This document shows, piece after piece, positions 10,777 through 21,403 of a DNA stretch of 64,000 nt (position 1 is the stretch's first letter; every line of letters begins with the position of its first letter). Made by a program: the position numbers and the translations under genes. The DNA is from Armatimonadota bacterium (GTDB taxonomy: Bacteria > Armatimonadota > SYMT01), in the NCBI GenBank assembly GCA_041690135.1, contig JAWLHY010000001.1, forward strand, positions 896,001 through 960,000, in the 5' to 3' direction. The notes under the pieces are model-generated. The model was given only the letters and a program-made list of their open reading frames with translations. It had not been told where the DNA came from and searched no databases.

Positions 10777-10985
10777 CGCGACCGGCTGAGAATTCCCGTT
10801 TCCCAAAACCCTCGCGGTCCGTCCGAGGAAAGCCGGGTCGGCACACCGAACCAGAACCTTAAGCGCAGCTTATCAAGGCCGGTCGGTAGGCGCGCAACCG
10901 AAATCTGGCGGGTTGAGATACAACGAACCGGAACAATCCGGGCGAACCACTAAAGGGAGTAGCAGTAGGAGCCCATAGGTGGCGC

Positions 10986-11405
10986 ATGAGTAAGCGGAGA
11001 AACGCCCGAGAACTGGCCCTGAAGATTCTTTTCCAGATCGACGTCGGCAAGTTACCCCCGGATGAGGTGCTCGATACTTCGTTCGAAGAGGTAAGGCCGC
11101 CCGTCGAAGATCGCCGGTGGGTGCAGGAGATGGTGCCCGCGGTGGTCCAGGAGATCGATGCCCTGGATCAAATCATCGGGGAATTAGCGGAAGGTTGGCG
11201 ACTGGACCGACTAGCAAAAGTAGATAAGAACGTGCTGCGGTTGGCGCTTTGCGAGCTCCAACGCGGCAGCGACGTTCCGGCCAGCGTCATCATCAACGAT
11301 GCCGTCGAGATCGCGAAGAAGTACTCGACCGAGGACAGCGGAAGGTTCGTGAACGGCATCCTGGGCAGCTTCCTTCGGCGGCAGCAGCCCGGCGAAGGGC
11401 AGTAA
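10986..11405 (+). CDS. nusB: Transcription antitermination factor NusB
   Basis: RRNARE.AL..LFQ, W.LDRL..VD.NVLR, AVEIAKKYS...S..FVNGIL. Confidence 0.97.
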   Translation: MSKRRNARELALKILFQIDVGKLPPDEVLDTSFEEVRPPVEDRRWVQEMVPAVVQEIDALDQIIGELAEGWRLDRLAKVDKNVLRLALCELQRGSDVPASVIINDAVEIAKKYSTEDSGRFVNGILGSFLRRQQPGEGQ

Positions 11406-11428
11406 GTGAAACAGGCAGGCAAACGCTG

Positions 11429-13348
11429 ATGGCCAAGATCCTAGACTCGGTTAATGACCCGGCCGACCTGAAAGGTCTCTCCGTTACCCAGCTCAAGCAG
11501 CTGGCGCAGGAGATCCGGGACGAGATCATCGATAGCATTTCTAAAACCGGCGGCCACTTCGCGCCCAACCTGGGCGCCGTGGAGATTACGCTGGCTCTTC
11601 ACTCCGTGCTGGATAGCCCCCGTGATAAGGTCATCTGGGATGTCGGGCACCAGAGTTATCCGCACAAGCTGATTACCGGCCGGCGGCACCGCTTCCATAC
11701 CATCAAGCAGTTGGGCGGTATCAGCGGTTACTGCAAGCGCGCGGAGAGCCCTCACGACCACATCGAAGCGGGACACGGCGGCACCTCCATTTCCGCCGCC
11801 CTCGGCCTGGCGCATGCCCGTGATATGCGGGGCGGAAACGAGACGATCGTGGCGGTGATCGGCGACGGCTCGTTGACGACCGGTCTCGCCCAGGAAGCGC
11901 TGAACAACGCCGGCCACAACAAGAAGTGTAACCTGATCGTTCTGCTCAACGACAACCAGATGTCGATCGCGCCGAACGTCGGGGCGCTCTCCGAATGCCT
12001 GGGTAAGGTCCGCGCGGAACCGCACTACCTCTGGGCGAAGCGCGAAGCGGAGACGGTGCTCCACCACCTCCCGCTGGGGGACCGGCTGCTCGATGCGATC
12101 TCCAAAGTCAAAGACGGGGTCAAGCAGCTTGTCGTGCCGGGGATGCTCTTCGAGGAACTGGGGTTCACCTACCTGGGGCCGGTCGACGGGCACTGCCTCG
12201 AAAGTCTCCAGCAGGCGATCCGTCAGGCACAGCGCATCGGCGGCCCGGTGCTCATCCATGCCTTCACCCAGAAAGGCAAGGGCTATGCTCCGGCAGAAGA
12301 CGATCCGTTCAAGTGGCATGCCACGAACCCGTTCGTGCCGGAAACGGGCGAACCGCGCAGCAAGAGCAGCACGCTGACCTACTCCAAGGTCTTCGCGAAG
12401 ACGCTCATCAAGCTGGCGGAGAAGGACCCGCGCATCGTCGCCATCACTGCCGCCATGCCGGACGGCACGGGCGTGCTCGACTTCCAGAAGGTCTTTCCGG
12501 ACCGCTGCGTCGACGTGGCGATGGCCGAGCAGCACGCGGTGACCTTCGCGGCCGGGCTGGCGGCGGCGGGCATGCGCCCGGTCGCCGCGATCTACAGCAC
12601 CTTCCTGCAGCGAGCCTATGATCAGATCATCCACGACGTCTGCATCATGGACTTCCCGGTGGTGTTCTGTATGGACCGCGGCGGACTGGCCGGCGATGAT
12701 GGCCCCACCCATCAGGGTGTGTTCGATATCGCCTACATGCGGTCAATCCCGAACATGGTTCTGATGGCCCCGAAGGACGAGCCTGAGCTCCAGCGGATGC
12801 TGGCGACCGCGCTCAAGCACCCCGGACCGATTGCCGTGCGCTACCCGCGCGGAGGCGGCCCCGGCGCTCCGCTGCTGGATGAGATCGAGCCGCTCCCGAT
12901 CGGCGTCGCCGAAACCCTCCGCGAGGGGGACGACGTGGCAATCATCGGCTTCGGGTACGGCGTCACTCCGGCCCTGGAAGCGGCGGAGACGCTGACCGGT
13001 GAGGGGATCCAGGCTACGGTGATCAACGCGCGCTACACCAAGCCGCTGGACACCGAACTGATCCTCGAAGCGGCACGCCGCACCCGGCGGGTCGTCACCA
13101 TCGAAGATGGCGTGCGCCAGGGCGGCTTCGGCAGTGCGGTGTTGGAAATGCTGCAGGACCATGGCTGCACGGTCCCGGTGCTTCGCCTCGGCATTCCGGA
13201 CCGGTTCATCGAGCATGGCAAGCGCGAGAAGTTGCTGGAACTGCTCGGCCTGGACGGTCCCGGCGTGGCCCGCAGCGTCCTGGAATTCGTCAAGGGCATC
13301 CCCAGCGGGGATCTGGTTCCGGATCTCGACTCCCTACCGAAGGCGTAA
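11429..13348 (+). CDS. dxs: 1-deoxy-D-xylulose-5-phosphate synthase
   Basis: GGHFAPNLG, WDVGHQSYPHK, TPP motif GDGS..N, MAEQHAV, IYSTFLQRAYDQ, DGPTHQG. Confidence 0.98.
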   Translation: MAKILDSVNDPADLKGLSVTQLKQLAQEIRDEIIDSISKTGGHFAPNLGAVEITLALHSVLDSPRDKVIWDVGHQSYPHKLITGRRHRFHTIKQLGGISGYCKRAESPHDHIEAGHGGTSISAALGLAHARDMRGGNETIVAVIGDGSLTTGLAQEALNNAGHNKKCNLIVLLNDNQMSIAPNVGALSECLGKVRAEPHYLWAKREAETVLHHLPLGDRLLDAISKVKDGVKQLVVPGMLFEELGFTYLGPVDGHCLESLQQAIRQAQRIGGPVLIHAFTQKGKGYAPAEDDPFKWHATNPFVPETGEPRSKSSTLTYSKVFAKTLIKLAEKDPRIVAITAAMPDGTGVLDFQKVFPDRCVDVAMAEQHAVTFAAGLAAAGMRPVAAIYSTFLQRAYDQIIHDVCIMDFPVVFCMDRGGLAGDDGPTHQGVFDIAYMRSIPNMVLMAPKDEPELQRMLATALKHPGPIAVRYPRGGGPGAPLLDEIEPLPIGVAETLREGDDVAIIGFGYGVTPALEAAETLTGEGIQATVINARYTKPLDTELILEAARRTRRVVTIEDGVRQGGFGSAVLEMLQDHGCTVPVLRLGIPDRFIEHGKREKLLELLGLDGPGVARSVLEFVKGIPSGDLVPDLDSLPKA

Positions 13349-13370
13349 CACCCGCTACGGGCGCAAGATA

Positions 13371-13418
13371 AACGATAAACGGGCCACGGATCCTGGGATC
13401 CGTGGCCCGTTTATCGTT
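13371..13418. terminator. Perfect 23-bp inverted repeat after dxs, likely bidirectional terminator
   Basis: AACGATAAACGGGCCACGGATCC-TG-GGATCCGTGGCCCGTTTATCGTT between convergent units. Confidence 0.8.
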
Positions 13419-13460
13419 CAAGCCGCACTCCCACGGTTCCCGTCCACGCCAAACGGAAAT

Positions 13461-13718
13461 GTAGGGGCATCGGCCGTGGTTACCCTCGGCGTGTGCCAGA
13501 TCAGCGCCTGCAAAACCGCGCGCCGAGACGCATTACACCGCGGTCGAACCCAACCGTGGTTGGCCACGAGTACGCGCGCACAACCTCGGCTGCTGCGGAA
13601 ATACGGCCACACCGAATTGGCACGCCGACGGCGTCACCTCCGTTCACTACCACGAAGGCTGCGAGTTTGCAGGGGGTCATCAAACCCATCACAGGGCAAC
13701 CACAGCGGGTGCCTCCTA
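13461..13718. repeat. REP-like repeat copy 2 with an inverted partner (REPIN-like)
   Basis: 13461-13536 matches 5685-5760; 13693-13718 reverse-complements to TAGGAGGCACCCGCTGTGGTTGCCCT, similar to the first 26 nt of the copy. Confidence 0.6.
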
Positions 13719-13782
13719 AGGCTGCACGAATCGCAAGCACCTGACTACGCCCAACCCTACTGATACCGGTTACGGTACCCCG

Positions 13783-14820
13783 CTAGGCGGATCCGGACTG
13801 CCACGCCGGCTTGTACTGATCCAGGTTCTCCTTGGTGATCAGGTAGAGCGGCGTGATCTGCGGGTTGTCCACGGCCTCGCCCTTCAGGTGCTTGAGGGTC
13901 GCCTTGACCGCTTCGCGGCCCTGGGTCTCCGCGTCCTGCAGAATGGTGGCGTGGATCTTTCCGTCTCGGATGTAGTCGAACGCGTCGGACTCGCCGTTGA
14001 AGCCGATGATCTTGATCTCCGTCCGGCCCTTCTGGCCGCACACATCCGCGGCAGCCAGCGCGCCATCGTCGGACTGGGCCACGACTGCATCGATCTCCCC
14101 CTTGGCGAACTGCAGCAGGATCGTCTCCATTACTTTCACCGCGTCTGCCCGCTGGAATTTATATGGGGCTCTGGTCACAATCTGGAATTCGGGATGACCC
14201 TTCAGCGCTTCCTCCAAACCAGCTTCGCGGTTCCGTTGCGGCGAAGAGCCGAGCACCCCCTGTAACAGGGCGATCTTCGCGCCCTTGGGGAACGCCTCCA
14301 TGATCGCCTTACCCTGGAGGCGGCCACCTTCGGTGTCGTCGGCTCCCACGTAGGTCACCACGTCACCGCCTCCCACCGTACGATTGACGGTGACCACGGG
14401 GATCTTTGCCTGGTTCGCCTTCTGCACGCCCGGCGGGAGGGTCTCCGTTTCGGTGGGGCACAGAATCACCGCATCGACCTTCTGGACCACGAAGTTATCA
14501 ATCGCGCTGATCTGCTTCTGCGCGCTGTCCTGGCCGTCCACGACGTTGATGGTGGCGCCGGCCGCCTTTGCCTCTTCTTCGAGGCCCTTCTTCATGGCGA
14601 CGAAGAAGGGATGGCTGAACGTGGGAATGGTGCAGCCCAGGCTCTGCCCGCTGCCGGATGATCCGCTGGCGGTCGTGGCCGGTGTGCTGCTCGGAACTTC
14701 ATCGCTGCCGCCGGGGGCGCTATTGCTGGTCGAATTCCCGCCGCAGGCGGAGAGGGCCACACTGCACCCCGCCGCCGCGGCGGTCAGCAGCCACCGCCGC
14801 CGGTCCATGATTCGCTTCAT
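13783..14820 (-). CDS. Sugar ABC transporter substrate-binding lipoprotein (RbsB-like)
   Basis: HPFFVAMKKG, IPVVTVN, YVGADD..GG, DDGALAA motifs; RRRWLL and LSAC lipobox. Start approximate. Confidence 0.9.
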   Translation of the reverse strand: MKRIMDRRRWLLTAAAAGCSVALSACGGNSTSNSAPGGSDEVPSSTPATTASGSSGSGQSLGCTIPTFSHPFFVAMKKGLEEEAKAAGATINVVDGQDSAQKQISAIDNFVVQKVDAVILCPTETETLPPGVQKANQAKIPVVTVNRTVGGGDVVTYVGADDTEGGRLQGKAIMEAFPKGAKIALLQGVLGSSPQRNREAGLEEALKGHPEFQIVTRAPYKFQRADAVKVMETILLQFAKGEIDAVVAQSDDGALAAADVCGQKGRTEIKIIGFNGESDAFDYIRDGKIHATILQDAETQGREAVKATLKHLKGEAVDNPQITPLYLITKENLDQYKPAWQSGSA

Positions 14821-14859
14821 TGCTGTGTCCTTTGATTTCAATTAACCAACATGTAGATG

Positions 14860-15855
14860 CTAGCGACGCATCCGGGCACGGGCATCTACCGCTACGGCCA
14901 GGAGGATGATCAGGCCCTGGATGACGGGGCGCCAGTTGGGGGCGTTTACGGCCATCTGCAGGCCCACATCGATCACACCGAGGGTCACGGCGCCCAGGAG
15001 TACGTTCCACGCGCCGCCCAGTCCCCCTCCCAGGGCAATCCCACCCACGATGCAGCTCGCCAGGCTCTGAAGCTCATATCCGGTACCGGCGACGGGGCTC
15101 GCCTGCCCTGCCCGCGCCGTCAGGACCAGACCGCCGACGGCGGCCAGCAAACCGGAAAGCACGTAGGTGGAGATCTTCAGCCGGGCCGTATCCAGACCGG
15201 CGAGCCGGGTGGCCTCTTCATTGCCCCCCAAAGTGTAAAGGTGCTGTCCGTAAGGCAGCAGCCGAAGCGTGAACGCCAGCAGCACCACCATGGCCAGGAA
15301 CAGCACCGAGCCGTAGGAGAGCATTCCGACCTGCCCGAACGAGATTTGCCGGAACGCATCCGCCTGGTTCCCCAGGGACAACGGCTGGTTGTTCGTGTAG
15401 ACATTGGTCAGGCCGAAGAAGGCGATCTGGGTGCCAAGCGTCGCCACGAACGGGTTGATCCCCACCCGGGCGACGAGCAAGCCGTTGATGTATCCCAGCA
15501 ACATTCCCGCGGCGAGCCCGCCCGCGATGGCCGCCGGCATCGGCAACCCATGCTGGCTCATCAGACGGGCCACCACCGCGCCCGTCAGGCTGGCGATGGC
15601 ACCTTGCGAGAGATCGAAGCCGCCGCCGATTAGCGGAAAGGCCTGGCCTACCGCGAGTATGCCGACGATGGCAATCGCGTTCAGGATGTTGAAGAAGTTG
15701 TCCGGCGACAGGAACCGGGGCTCGCGCGAGCCGAACACGGCGCAGAGCACCACCAGCGCGATAACGCCCGTAAAGGGGCGAATGCGCGCGAGCAGCCCGG
15801 CTCTCGGTCCCGCTTTGTCCCTGGTCTTCTCCCCTACGCTGTCCAGACCCGCCAA
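14860..15855 (-). CDS. Sugar ABC transporter permease (RbsC-like)
   Basis: GGFDLS.G, INPFVATLG, GGNEEA.RLAG, YELQSLA..IVGG. Confidence 0.92.
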   Translation of the reverse strand: MAGLDSVGEKTRDKAGPRAGLLARIRPFTGVIALVVLCAVFGSREPRFLSPDNFFNILNAIAIVGILAVGQAFPLIGGGFDLSQGAIASLTGAVVARLMSQHGLPMPAAIAGGLAAGMLLGYINGLLVARVGINPFVATLGTQIAFFGLTNVYTNNQPLSLGNQADAFRQISFGQVGMLSYGSVLFLAMVVLLAFTLRLLPYGQHLYTLGGNEEATRLAGLDTARLKISTYVLSGLLAAVGGLVLTARAGQASPVAGTGYELQSLASCIVGGIALGGGLGGAWNVLLGAVTLGVIDVGLQMAVNAPNWRPVIQGLIILLAVAVDARARMRR

Positions 15856-15867
15856 GAGTTGAACCCC

Positions 15868-17355
15868 CTACCCCCCGACGATTGCCGCCAGGACGGCATG
15901 CTCCGTCACCGTTTCGGCCGGCTCCGTGAGAACCAGCCTTCCTTGCCGCATCACTCCCACCCGGTTGCCCAATCGCAGCGCTTCCTGGATGTCCGGGGTG
16001 GCCACCACCACACCGGCGCCGTCTTCCGCCAGGCTCCGGATAAGCCGATAGATCTCCTCGCGAGCTCCGACATCGACGCCGCGCGATGGCTCATCGAAAA
16101 GGTACACCACGCCGTTGCGCTCCGCGACCCGCCCGACGACGACCTTCTGCTGGTTACCCCCGGAAAGGGTCTGCATCTCCTGTTCCGGGCTGGAGCAACG
16201 GACTCCGTACTTCTCGATCCGCGCCACGGCCGCTTCCCGCTGCGCGCGGCGGTTCAGCAGTCCGGCGGTGGTCCAGTGTTTCAGGTCCGCAAACGTCAGG
16301 TTGGTCTTCACGTCCAGCGTCGGAACGATTCCAAAGGCCTTGCGATCGCCCGGCGAGAGGAGCACGCCCGCGCGGATGGCATCCCGCAGGGAGCTCCAGC
16401 GAACCGCCTGCCCGCGGAGCCGCAGTCCTCCGGAGGCGATCGGCACGGCTCCGTAGAGCGCCCAGAGAAGCTCCGTCTGCCCGGCGCCTGCCGCCCCGGT
16501 GAGCGCCAGGATCTCCCCTTGCCGCACTTCCAGGGAAACTTCGCGGAAACCGCGCCCGCTCACGGCGTCGGCTGTCAACACGGGGGCGCCCGCGCGGCTC
16601 TCCGGGCGTTCGCCGGCTGCCACCGCGCGTCCCACCATTGCCTCGACCAGCTCCGCCTCGGTGACTGCCCCGCGTGCCCAGGTCGCCACGTTGCGCCCAT
16701 CCCGCAGCACGGTGATCCGGTCGGCCACCGCGAAAACTTCCTCCAGGTGGTGCGAGATGTAGATCATCCCGATCCCCCGCTCCTGGAGTGATCGCATGAT
16801 CGCGAACAGGCGCTCCGTTTCGCGCCTCGAAAGGGCCGCGGTCGGCTCGTCCAGCACCAGGATGCGGGCCCGCCGGTACAGCGCCTTGGCGATCTCCACG
16901 AGCTGTTTCTCGCCGGTCCCCAGCTCCTTCACCGGAAGTCGCGGATCCAGGTGAAAGCCCAACTCTTCCAGGTGAGCGGCGGCGGCGCGGAACAGCTCTC
17001 GCCGGTTCATCAACGGGATGAGCCCCGCCAGTCGCCGCGCCGGTTCCTGCCCGATCAGGATGTTTTCAGCGACGGAGAGATCGGGAACCAGGTTGAACTC
17101 CTGGTAGATCACTCCGATACCGGCCTCAAGGCCCTCGTGGGGGTTGCGGATGCGTACGGGATTACCGTCGATCCGGATCTCTCCGGCGTCGCGGGAGTAG
17201 GCGCCCGCCAGGATCTTGATCAGAGTAGACTTGCCCGCCCCGTTTGCTCCGACCAGCGCGTGGACCTTCCCCGCGTCGAGTTCCAGGCTCACGCCGGAAA
17301 GCACGCGCGCTCCGGGAAAAGATTTTTGAATGCCGGCGAGCTCGAGGAGCGCCAT
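15868..17355 (-). CDS. Sugar ABC transporter ATP-binding protein (RbsA-like)
   Basis: GANGAGKST, LDEPTAAL, LSGGNQQKV, DEPSRGVDVGA; start at ATG 17355. Confidence 0.93.
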   Translation of the reverse strand: MALLELAGIQKSFPGARVLSGVSLELDAGKVHALVGANGAGKSTLIKILAGAYSRDAGEIRIDGNPVRIRNPHEGLEAGIGVIYQEFNLVPDLSVAENILIGQEPARRLAGLIPLMNRRELFRAAAAHLEELGFHLDPRLPVKELGTGEKQLVEIAKALYRRARILVLDEPTAALSRRETERLFAIMRSLQERGIGMIYISHHLEEVFAVADRITVLRDGRNVATWARGAVTEAELVEAMVGRAVAAGERPESRAGAPVLTADAVSGRGFREVSLEVRQGEILALTGAAGAGQTELLWALYGAVPIASGGLRLRGQAVRWSSLRDAIRAGVLLSPGDRKAFGIVPTLDVKTNLTFADLKHWTTAGLLNRRAQREAAVARIEKYGVRCSSPEQEMQTLSGGNQQKVVVGRVAERNGVVYLFDEPSRGVDVGAREEIYRLIRSLAEDGAGVVVATPDIQEALRLGNRVGVMRQGRLVLTEPAETVTEHAVLAAIVGG

Positions 17356-17525
17356 GGATAGGGTAATACGGGTTGGAGTTGCGTGAGACGAAATGCCTTG
17401 AAACGTTCTCTCCCCAGTCCCCGTGTTCCTTCCACACCACCGCGGCCCCGGTGTATGATGCACAACAACAGGCACCGAGGAAATACGGAGAGGCTGCACA
17501 GGAAAGGTTGCGCAGAGGACAACGG

Positions 17526-18098
17526 ATGTATTACGTGGCGCTTGGAGACAGCATCAGCATCGACGACTACACGGGCGTGCGCGGGGGCGGCGCGGCGAGC
17601 CAGTTCGCGCGGCGGATCGGCGCCGATCCCTTCCGGAACCTCACCCGGGACGGCAACGTGGCGGAGGGGGTGCTGCAGGATCTGGAGCGGATCGAAGGCC
17701 GGCCCGACCTGGTGACCCTTACCGTCGGCGGCAACAACCTGCTCCTGGGGGACGATCCGGAAGGAATCTTCCTCAAGATCCGCCAGATCGCGGAACGTCT
17801 CGCCAGCTACGAAACTACCGTGATCCTCAACACCGTTTACGATCCGACGGATGGTAACGATGCGATGGCCGAGCGGTTGGGTCTTGCACCGGACCTGCGG
17901 GAACGCTTCGAGGGAGTCAACCAGGGCATCCGCGAGATCGCGGGGAAGTACGGGTTCATCCTCAGCGACCTGGAAGAACTGTTCCACGGGCACGGCGCCC
18001 TCTCCCAGGATCCGTGGTACGTGATGGTGATCGAGCCGAACCTCGCCGGAGCCACCGCAATTGCGAGGCATTGGGAGGCGCTTCTCACCTCCCAATGA
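17526..18098 (+). CDS. SGNH/GDSL hydrolase
   Basis: YVALGDSIS, TVGGNN and C-terminal IEPNLAG (atypical DxxH block). Confidence 0.8.
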   Translation: MYYVALGDSISIDDYTGVRGGGAASQFARRIGADPFRNLTRDGNVAEGVLQDLERIEGRPDLVTLTVGGNNLLLGDDPEGIFLKIRQIAERLASYETTVILNTVYDPTDGNDAMAERLGLAPDLRERFEGVNQGIREIAGKYGFILSDLEELFHGHGALSQDPWYVMVIEPNLAGATAIARHWEALLTSQ

Positions 18099-18114
18099 TC
18101 TGCGAAGATCTCTT

Positions 18115-19533
18115 CTAAAGAGTAAGCACCGGCAGTGGGGCGCCTACCTGCTCCAGGGGCTCTCCAAAGAAGCCCCACTGGGCGCCCTTCGTGGAGCGGA
18201 CCTTGACCAGCCTCCCCGCCATCCCGGGGTGGCCCGGCAGGTGGCAGGTCTTGTTCTCCCGGGTGTAGCCCGTGTAAAGACCGTCTCCCTGCTCGCTGGG
18301 TCCTTCCACCAGTACTTCAAAGGTCCGGCCGATCAACGCCTGGTTCTTCTCCAGGCTGATGCGGTTCTGCACGGCAATCAGGCGGTTGAGGCGGTCGATT
18401 TTCACGTCGTGCTCCAGCTCCCCTTCCCAGCCGTGCGCGGGGGTTCCCGGCCGGGGGCTGTAGTTGAACATGTACGCACCGTCGAACCGCACCTCTTCCA
18501 CCAGGGAGAGGGTGTCCTGGAACTGCTCTTCGGTTTCACCGGGAAAGCCCACGATGATGTCCGTGGTGATGGCGCAATCCGGCATCGCCTGGCGGATGCG
18601 CCGGATGCGGTCGAGATACCGCTCGCGGTTGTAGCGCCGCGCCATGCGCTTGAGCACGGTATCGTTGCCGCTCTGGACCGGCAGATGGATCCACTCGCAC
18701 GCCTTCGGGCACTCCGCCACGGCGTCGATCAACTCATCGTGCATCAACATCGGGTGCGGGCTGGTGAAGCGGATACGCTCGATACCGTCCACGTCGTTGA
18801 TCAACCAGATCAGGTCAGCCAGGGAGTAGACGCGGCTGTCCTCGGCGGCGTCCGCGTAGTAGTAAGACTTGTAGGCGTCCACCGTCTGGCCCAGCAGCAT
18901 CACTTCTTTGGTGCCGGTCTGCGCCAGCGCGCGGACCTCTCCCAGCACGTCGGAAACGGGTCGGCTCCGCTCCGGACCGCGGGTCCTCGGCACGATGCAG
19001 TAGGTGCAGGCGAAGTCGCAGCCCAGGATCACCGGAACGAACGCTTTCAGCTTGCCCCGCGCGGGAGCGCCGACGCTCGGGACCAGGTCCACCAGGTCGG
19101 TGGTCATGTGGGGGTCCGGCGCCATCCAGGAGGGGGTGCCCCGCTTCGGCATGTCGAGCGCCACCAGCCGTTTCCCGCTCCGGCGCACCTCTTCCACCAG
19201 CTCGGCGACGCGGCCGACGTTGGCGGTGCCGATCACCAGGTCGACATAGGGCGCGTTCTTCAGGATCGCTTCGCCTTCGCGCTGGGCCTGGCAGCCGCAA
19301 ACACCCAGCACCAGGTCCGGGTTGCCGCGCTTCAGCTTCCGCAGCTCGCCCAGGCGGCTGTAAACCTTGAGCTCCGGCTTCTCTCGGACGGAGCAGGTAT
19401 TCAGCAGGATCAGGTCCGCCTGTTCCGGCGCCTCCACGGCCTCGCCCCCGGCCCGTTCCAGCAGGGCGGTCATGCGATCCGTGTCGGCCACGTTCATCTG
19501 GCAGCCGTAAGTTTGAATATAGAAACGGTTCAT
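18115..19533 (-). CDS. miaB: tRNA 2-methylthio-N6-dimethylallyladenosine synthase MiaB
   Basis: TYGCQMN, NTCSVRE, GCDFACTYCIVP, RFTSPHP, HLPVQSG, IVGFPGET, TRAM domain. Confidence 0.97.
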   Translation of the reverse strand: MNRFYIQTYGCQMNVADTDRMTALLERAGGEAVEAPEQADLILLNTCSVREKPELKVYSRLGELRKLKRGNPDLVLGVCGCQAQREGEAILKNAPYVDLVIGTANVGRVAELVEEVRRSGKRLVALDMPKRGTPSWMAPDPHMTTDLVDLVPSVGAPARGKLKAFVPVILGCDFACTYCIVPRTRGPERSRPVSDVLGEVRALAQTGTKEVMLLGQTVDAYKSYYYADAAEDSRVYSLADLIWLINDVDGIERIRFTSPHPMLMHDELIDAVAECPKACEWIHLPVQSGNDTVLKRMARRYNRERYLDRIRRIRQAMPDCAITTDIIVGFPGETEEQFQDTLSLVEEVRFDGAYMFNYSPRPGTPAHGWEGELEHDVKIDRLNRLIAVQNRISLEKNQALIGRTFEVLVEGPSEQGDGLYTGYTRENKTCHLPGHPGMAGRLVKVRSTKGAQWGFFGEPLEQVGAPLPVLTL

Positions 19534-19723
19534 CGAATGGTTCTCGGGAGCAGAAATCGTGAATGTCCCGATCATACCAGAAAGGCCGTCGTCTCGAAAG
19601 TCGCGGACGCCAGGGCAGAAAAGCAGAAGGGGGAATGGCAGGCTCCGGTTACCCGGGCTTCCATTCCCCCATTCTTCCCTTCTCCCATTCGACCTGGAGC
19701 ATCCGCTCAGGTCAAGGGACGGA

Positions 19724-20344
19724 TTAGTGGGCCGCGTGCACGTCCACCAGCTCGACGTCGAAGATCAGGTCGGCGTTCCCCGGGATCGGGCCGCCCGGCG
19801 TGCCGGTTTCTCCGTAGCCTAGCTTGGAGGGGATCACGAGTTGGCGCTTCTCACCGACTTTCATCCCCTTGACGCCTTCATCCCACCCGGGGATCACGTT
19901 GCCCCGGCCCAGCGTGAAGTGGATCGGTTCGTTCCGGTCGAGCGAGCTATCGAACTTCTCGCCGTTGCTCTTCAGCCACCCGGTGTAATGGACGGCCACA
20001 TCCTGGCCCGGCTCGGCTACCTTGCCGTTCCCTTCCTTCAGCACGGCGTAGGCAAGTCCGCTCTCCGTGACCTGATACTTGGACGGGTCCACCTTCGCCC
20101 AGGGGCCATTGGGGACTTCGACTTTGCCACCGGACGCTGCCTTCTCGGTGCCATGGGCATCCTTATCCTCGGACGCAGCCTCCTCCGAACCATGGGATTC
20201 CGCGGGCGCGTTTCCTTCGCCCGGTGCGTTCGTCGAAGAGGCCGTTGGCGTCCCGTCGGTCGGCGCGGCCGCCTGCTCGCTCGGGCCGCAGCCCCCTACC
20301 GTGATCAACAGACCGGCCAGTGCCGGCGCAATGAACCAGCGCAT
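19724..20344 (-). CDS. FKBP-type peptidyl-prolyl isomerase (lipoprotein)
   Basis: [34 protein letters not shown]; lipobox VGGC. Confidence 0.93.
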   Translation of the reverse strand: MRWFIAPALAGLLITVGGCGPSEQAAAPTDGTPTASSTNAPGEGNAPAESHGSEEAASEDKDAHGTEKAASGGKVEVPNGPWAKVDPSKYQVTESGLAYAVLKEGNGKVAEPGQDVAVHYTGWLKSNGEKFDSSLDRNEPIHFTLGRGNVIPGWDEGVKGMKVGEKRQLVIPSKLGYGETGTPGGPIPGNADLIFDVELVDVHAAH

Positions 20345-21178
20345 TTACTTTTTGAGCTCCTCTGCTCGAATGAGATGGACATCGAAGACCAGGGTCGCGT
20401 TGGGCGGGATCGGCCCCCCCGGCGTCCCGGAATCCCCGTAACCCAGCTTGGCGGGAATGACGAGCTGGCGCTTCTCGCCCGGCTTCATTCCCTGCACCCC
20501 CTCGTCCCAGCCCGGAATCACCTGGCCTTGCCCGAGAGGGAATACAAAAGACTGCCCGCGGTCGATCGAGCTGTCGAATTTCTTGCCGTTGGTAAGCCAA
20601 CCCGTGTAGTGGACGGTGACAAGTTGCCCCTTCTTGGCGGCCTCACCCTTGCCCTCCGTCAGCACAGAGTACTTCAGGCCGCTCTTCGTGGTCTTCAGGT
20701 CCTTCTCGGCCACTTTGGCCGGTTTCTCGGCCGGCTCGAAAGTACCGACGATCTCGACCATCTCCACCTCGAACGTGAGGGTACTGTTGGCGGGGATCAA
20801 GCCGCCTCCGATCTCACGGTCACCGTAGGCGAGCTTGGGCGGGATGATCAATTGGCGCTTCTCGCCGGCCGTCATGCCCTGGAGACCTTCATCCCAGCCC
20901 GGAATGACCAGCCCGCGGCCCACGATCAATTCGAACGGGCGCTTGCGGCGGTGGGAGCTGTCGAACTCTTTGCCGCTATCCAGCCAACCGGTGTAATGCA
21001 CCAGCACCTGCTGGTTCTTCGCTACGGCCGGCCCGCTTCCGGGCTTCAACACCGCATATTTCAGGCCGCTTTCGGTGGTCTTCACGTTTTTCGCGTCTAC
21101 CTTGACCGGCTCCGCCCAGGCGGCCCCGGCGATCAGGAGCGCGGCCCCGATGAGCGGCGCTCGAACTGTTCGGATCAT
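20345..21178 (-). CDS. Secreted two-domain FKBP-type peptidyl-prolyl isomerase
   Basis: Signal peptide from ATG 21178; two copies of [19 protein letters not shown]. Confidence 0.92.
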   Translation of the reverse strand: MIRTVRAPLIGAALLIAGAAWAEPVKVDAKNVKTTESGLKYAVLKPGSGPAVAKNQQVLVHYTGWLDSGKEFDSSHRRKRPFELIVGRGLVIPGWDEGLQGMTAGEKRQLIIPPKLAYGDREIGGGLIPANSTLTFEVEMVEIVGTFEPAEKPAKVAEKDLKTTKSGLKYSVLTEGKGEAAKKGQLVTVHYTGWLTNGKKFDSSIDRGQSFVFPLGQGQVIPGWDEGVQGMKPGEKRQLVIPAKLGYGDSGTPGGPIPPNATLVFDVHLIRAEELKK

Positions 21179-21403
21179 CTGCAGTCTCCCGGCATTGCCC
21201 CGGATCCGGCCGCGGGCAGAAATGGGGTTGCGTTGGACAATTATGTTGCCTTTGGTGGCCTTCTGCCCGCACCTTCTACCGCTTCGGGACCCGCGATGGT
21301 TCCATTTCGCGCGTTTGGCTCCGGAGGTCAGGCAGGAACCCGCTTCTTTCCCGGAGTATGGTTGAGGGGCGATGCTCCGGGAACCTGCAACGAAGGGATG
21401 AGA

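Noticed and set aside
10950-10985. AAAGGGAGTAGC resembling the start of a yybP-ykoY riboswitch
   Set aside because: Only about 20 nt remain before nusB and the other conserved elements are absent; more likely the RBS region.
13418-13744. Small ORFs between dxs and the sugar-binding gene
   Set aside because: No motifs; the region is explained by a terminator and a REP-like element.
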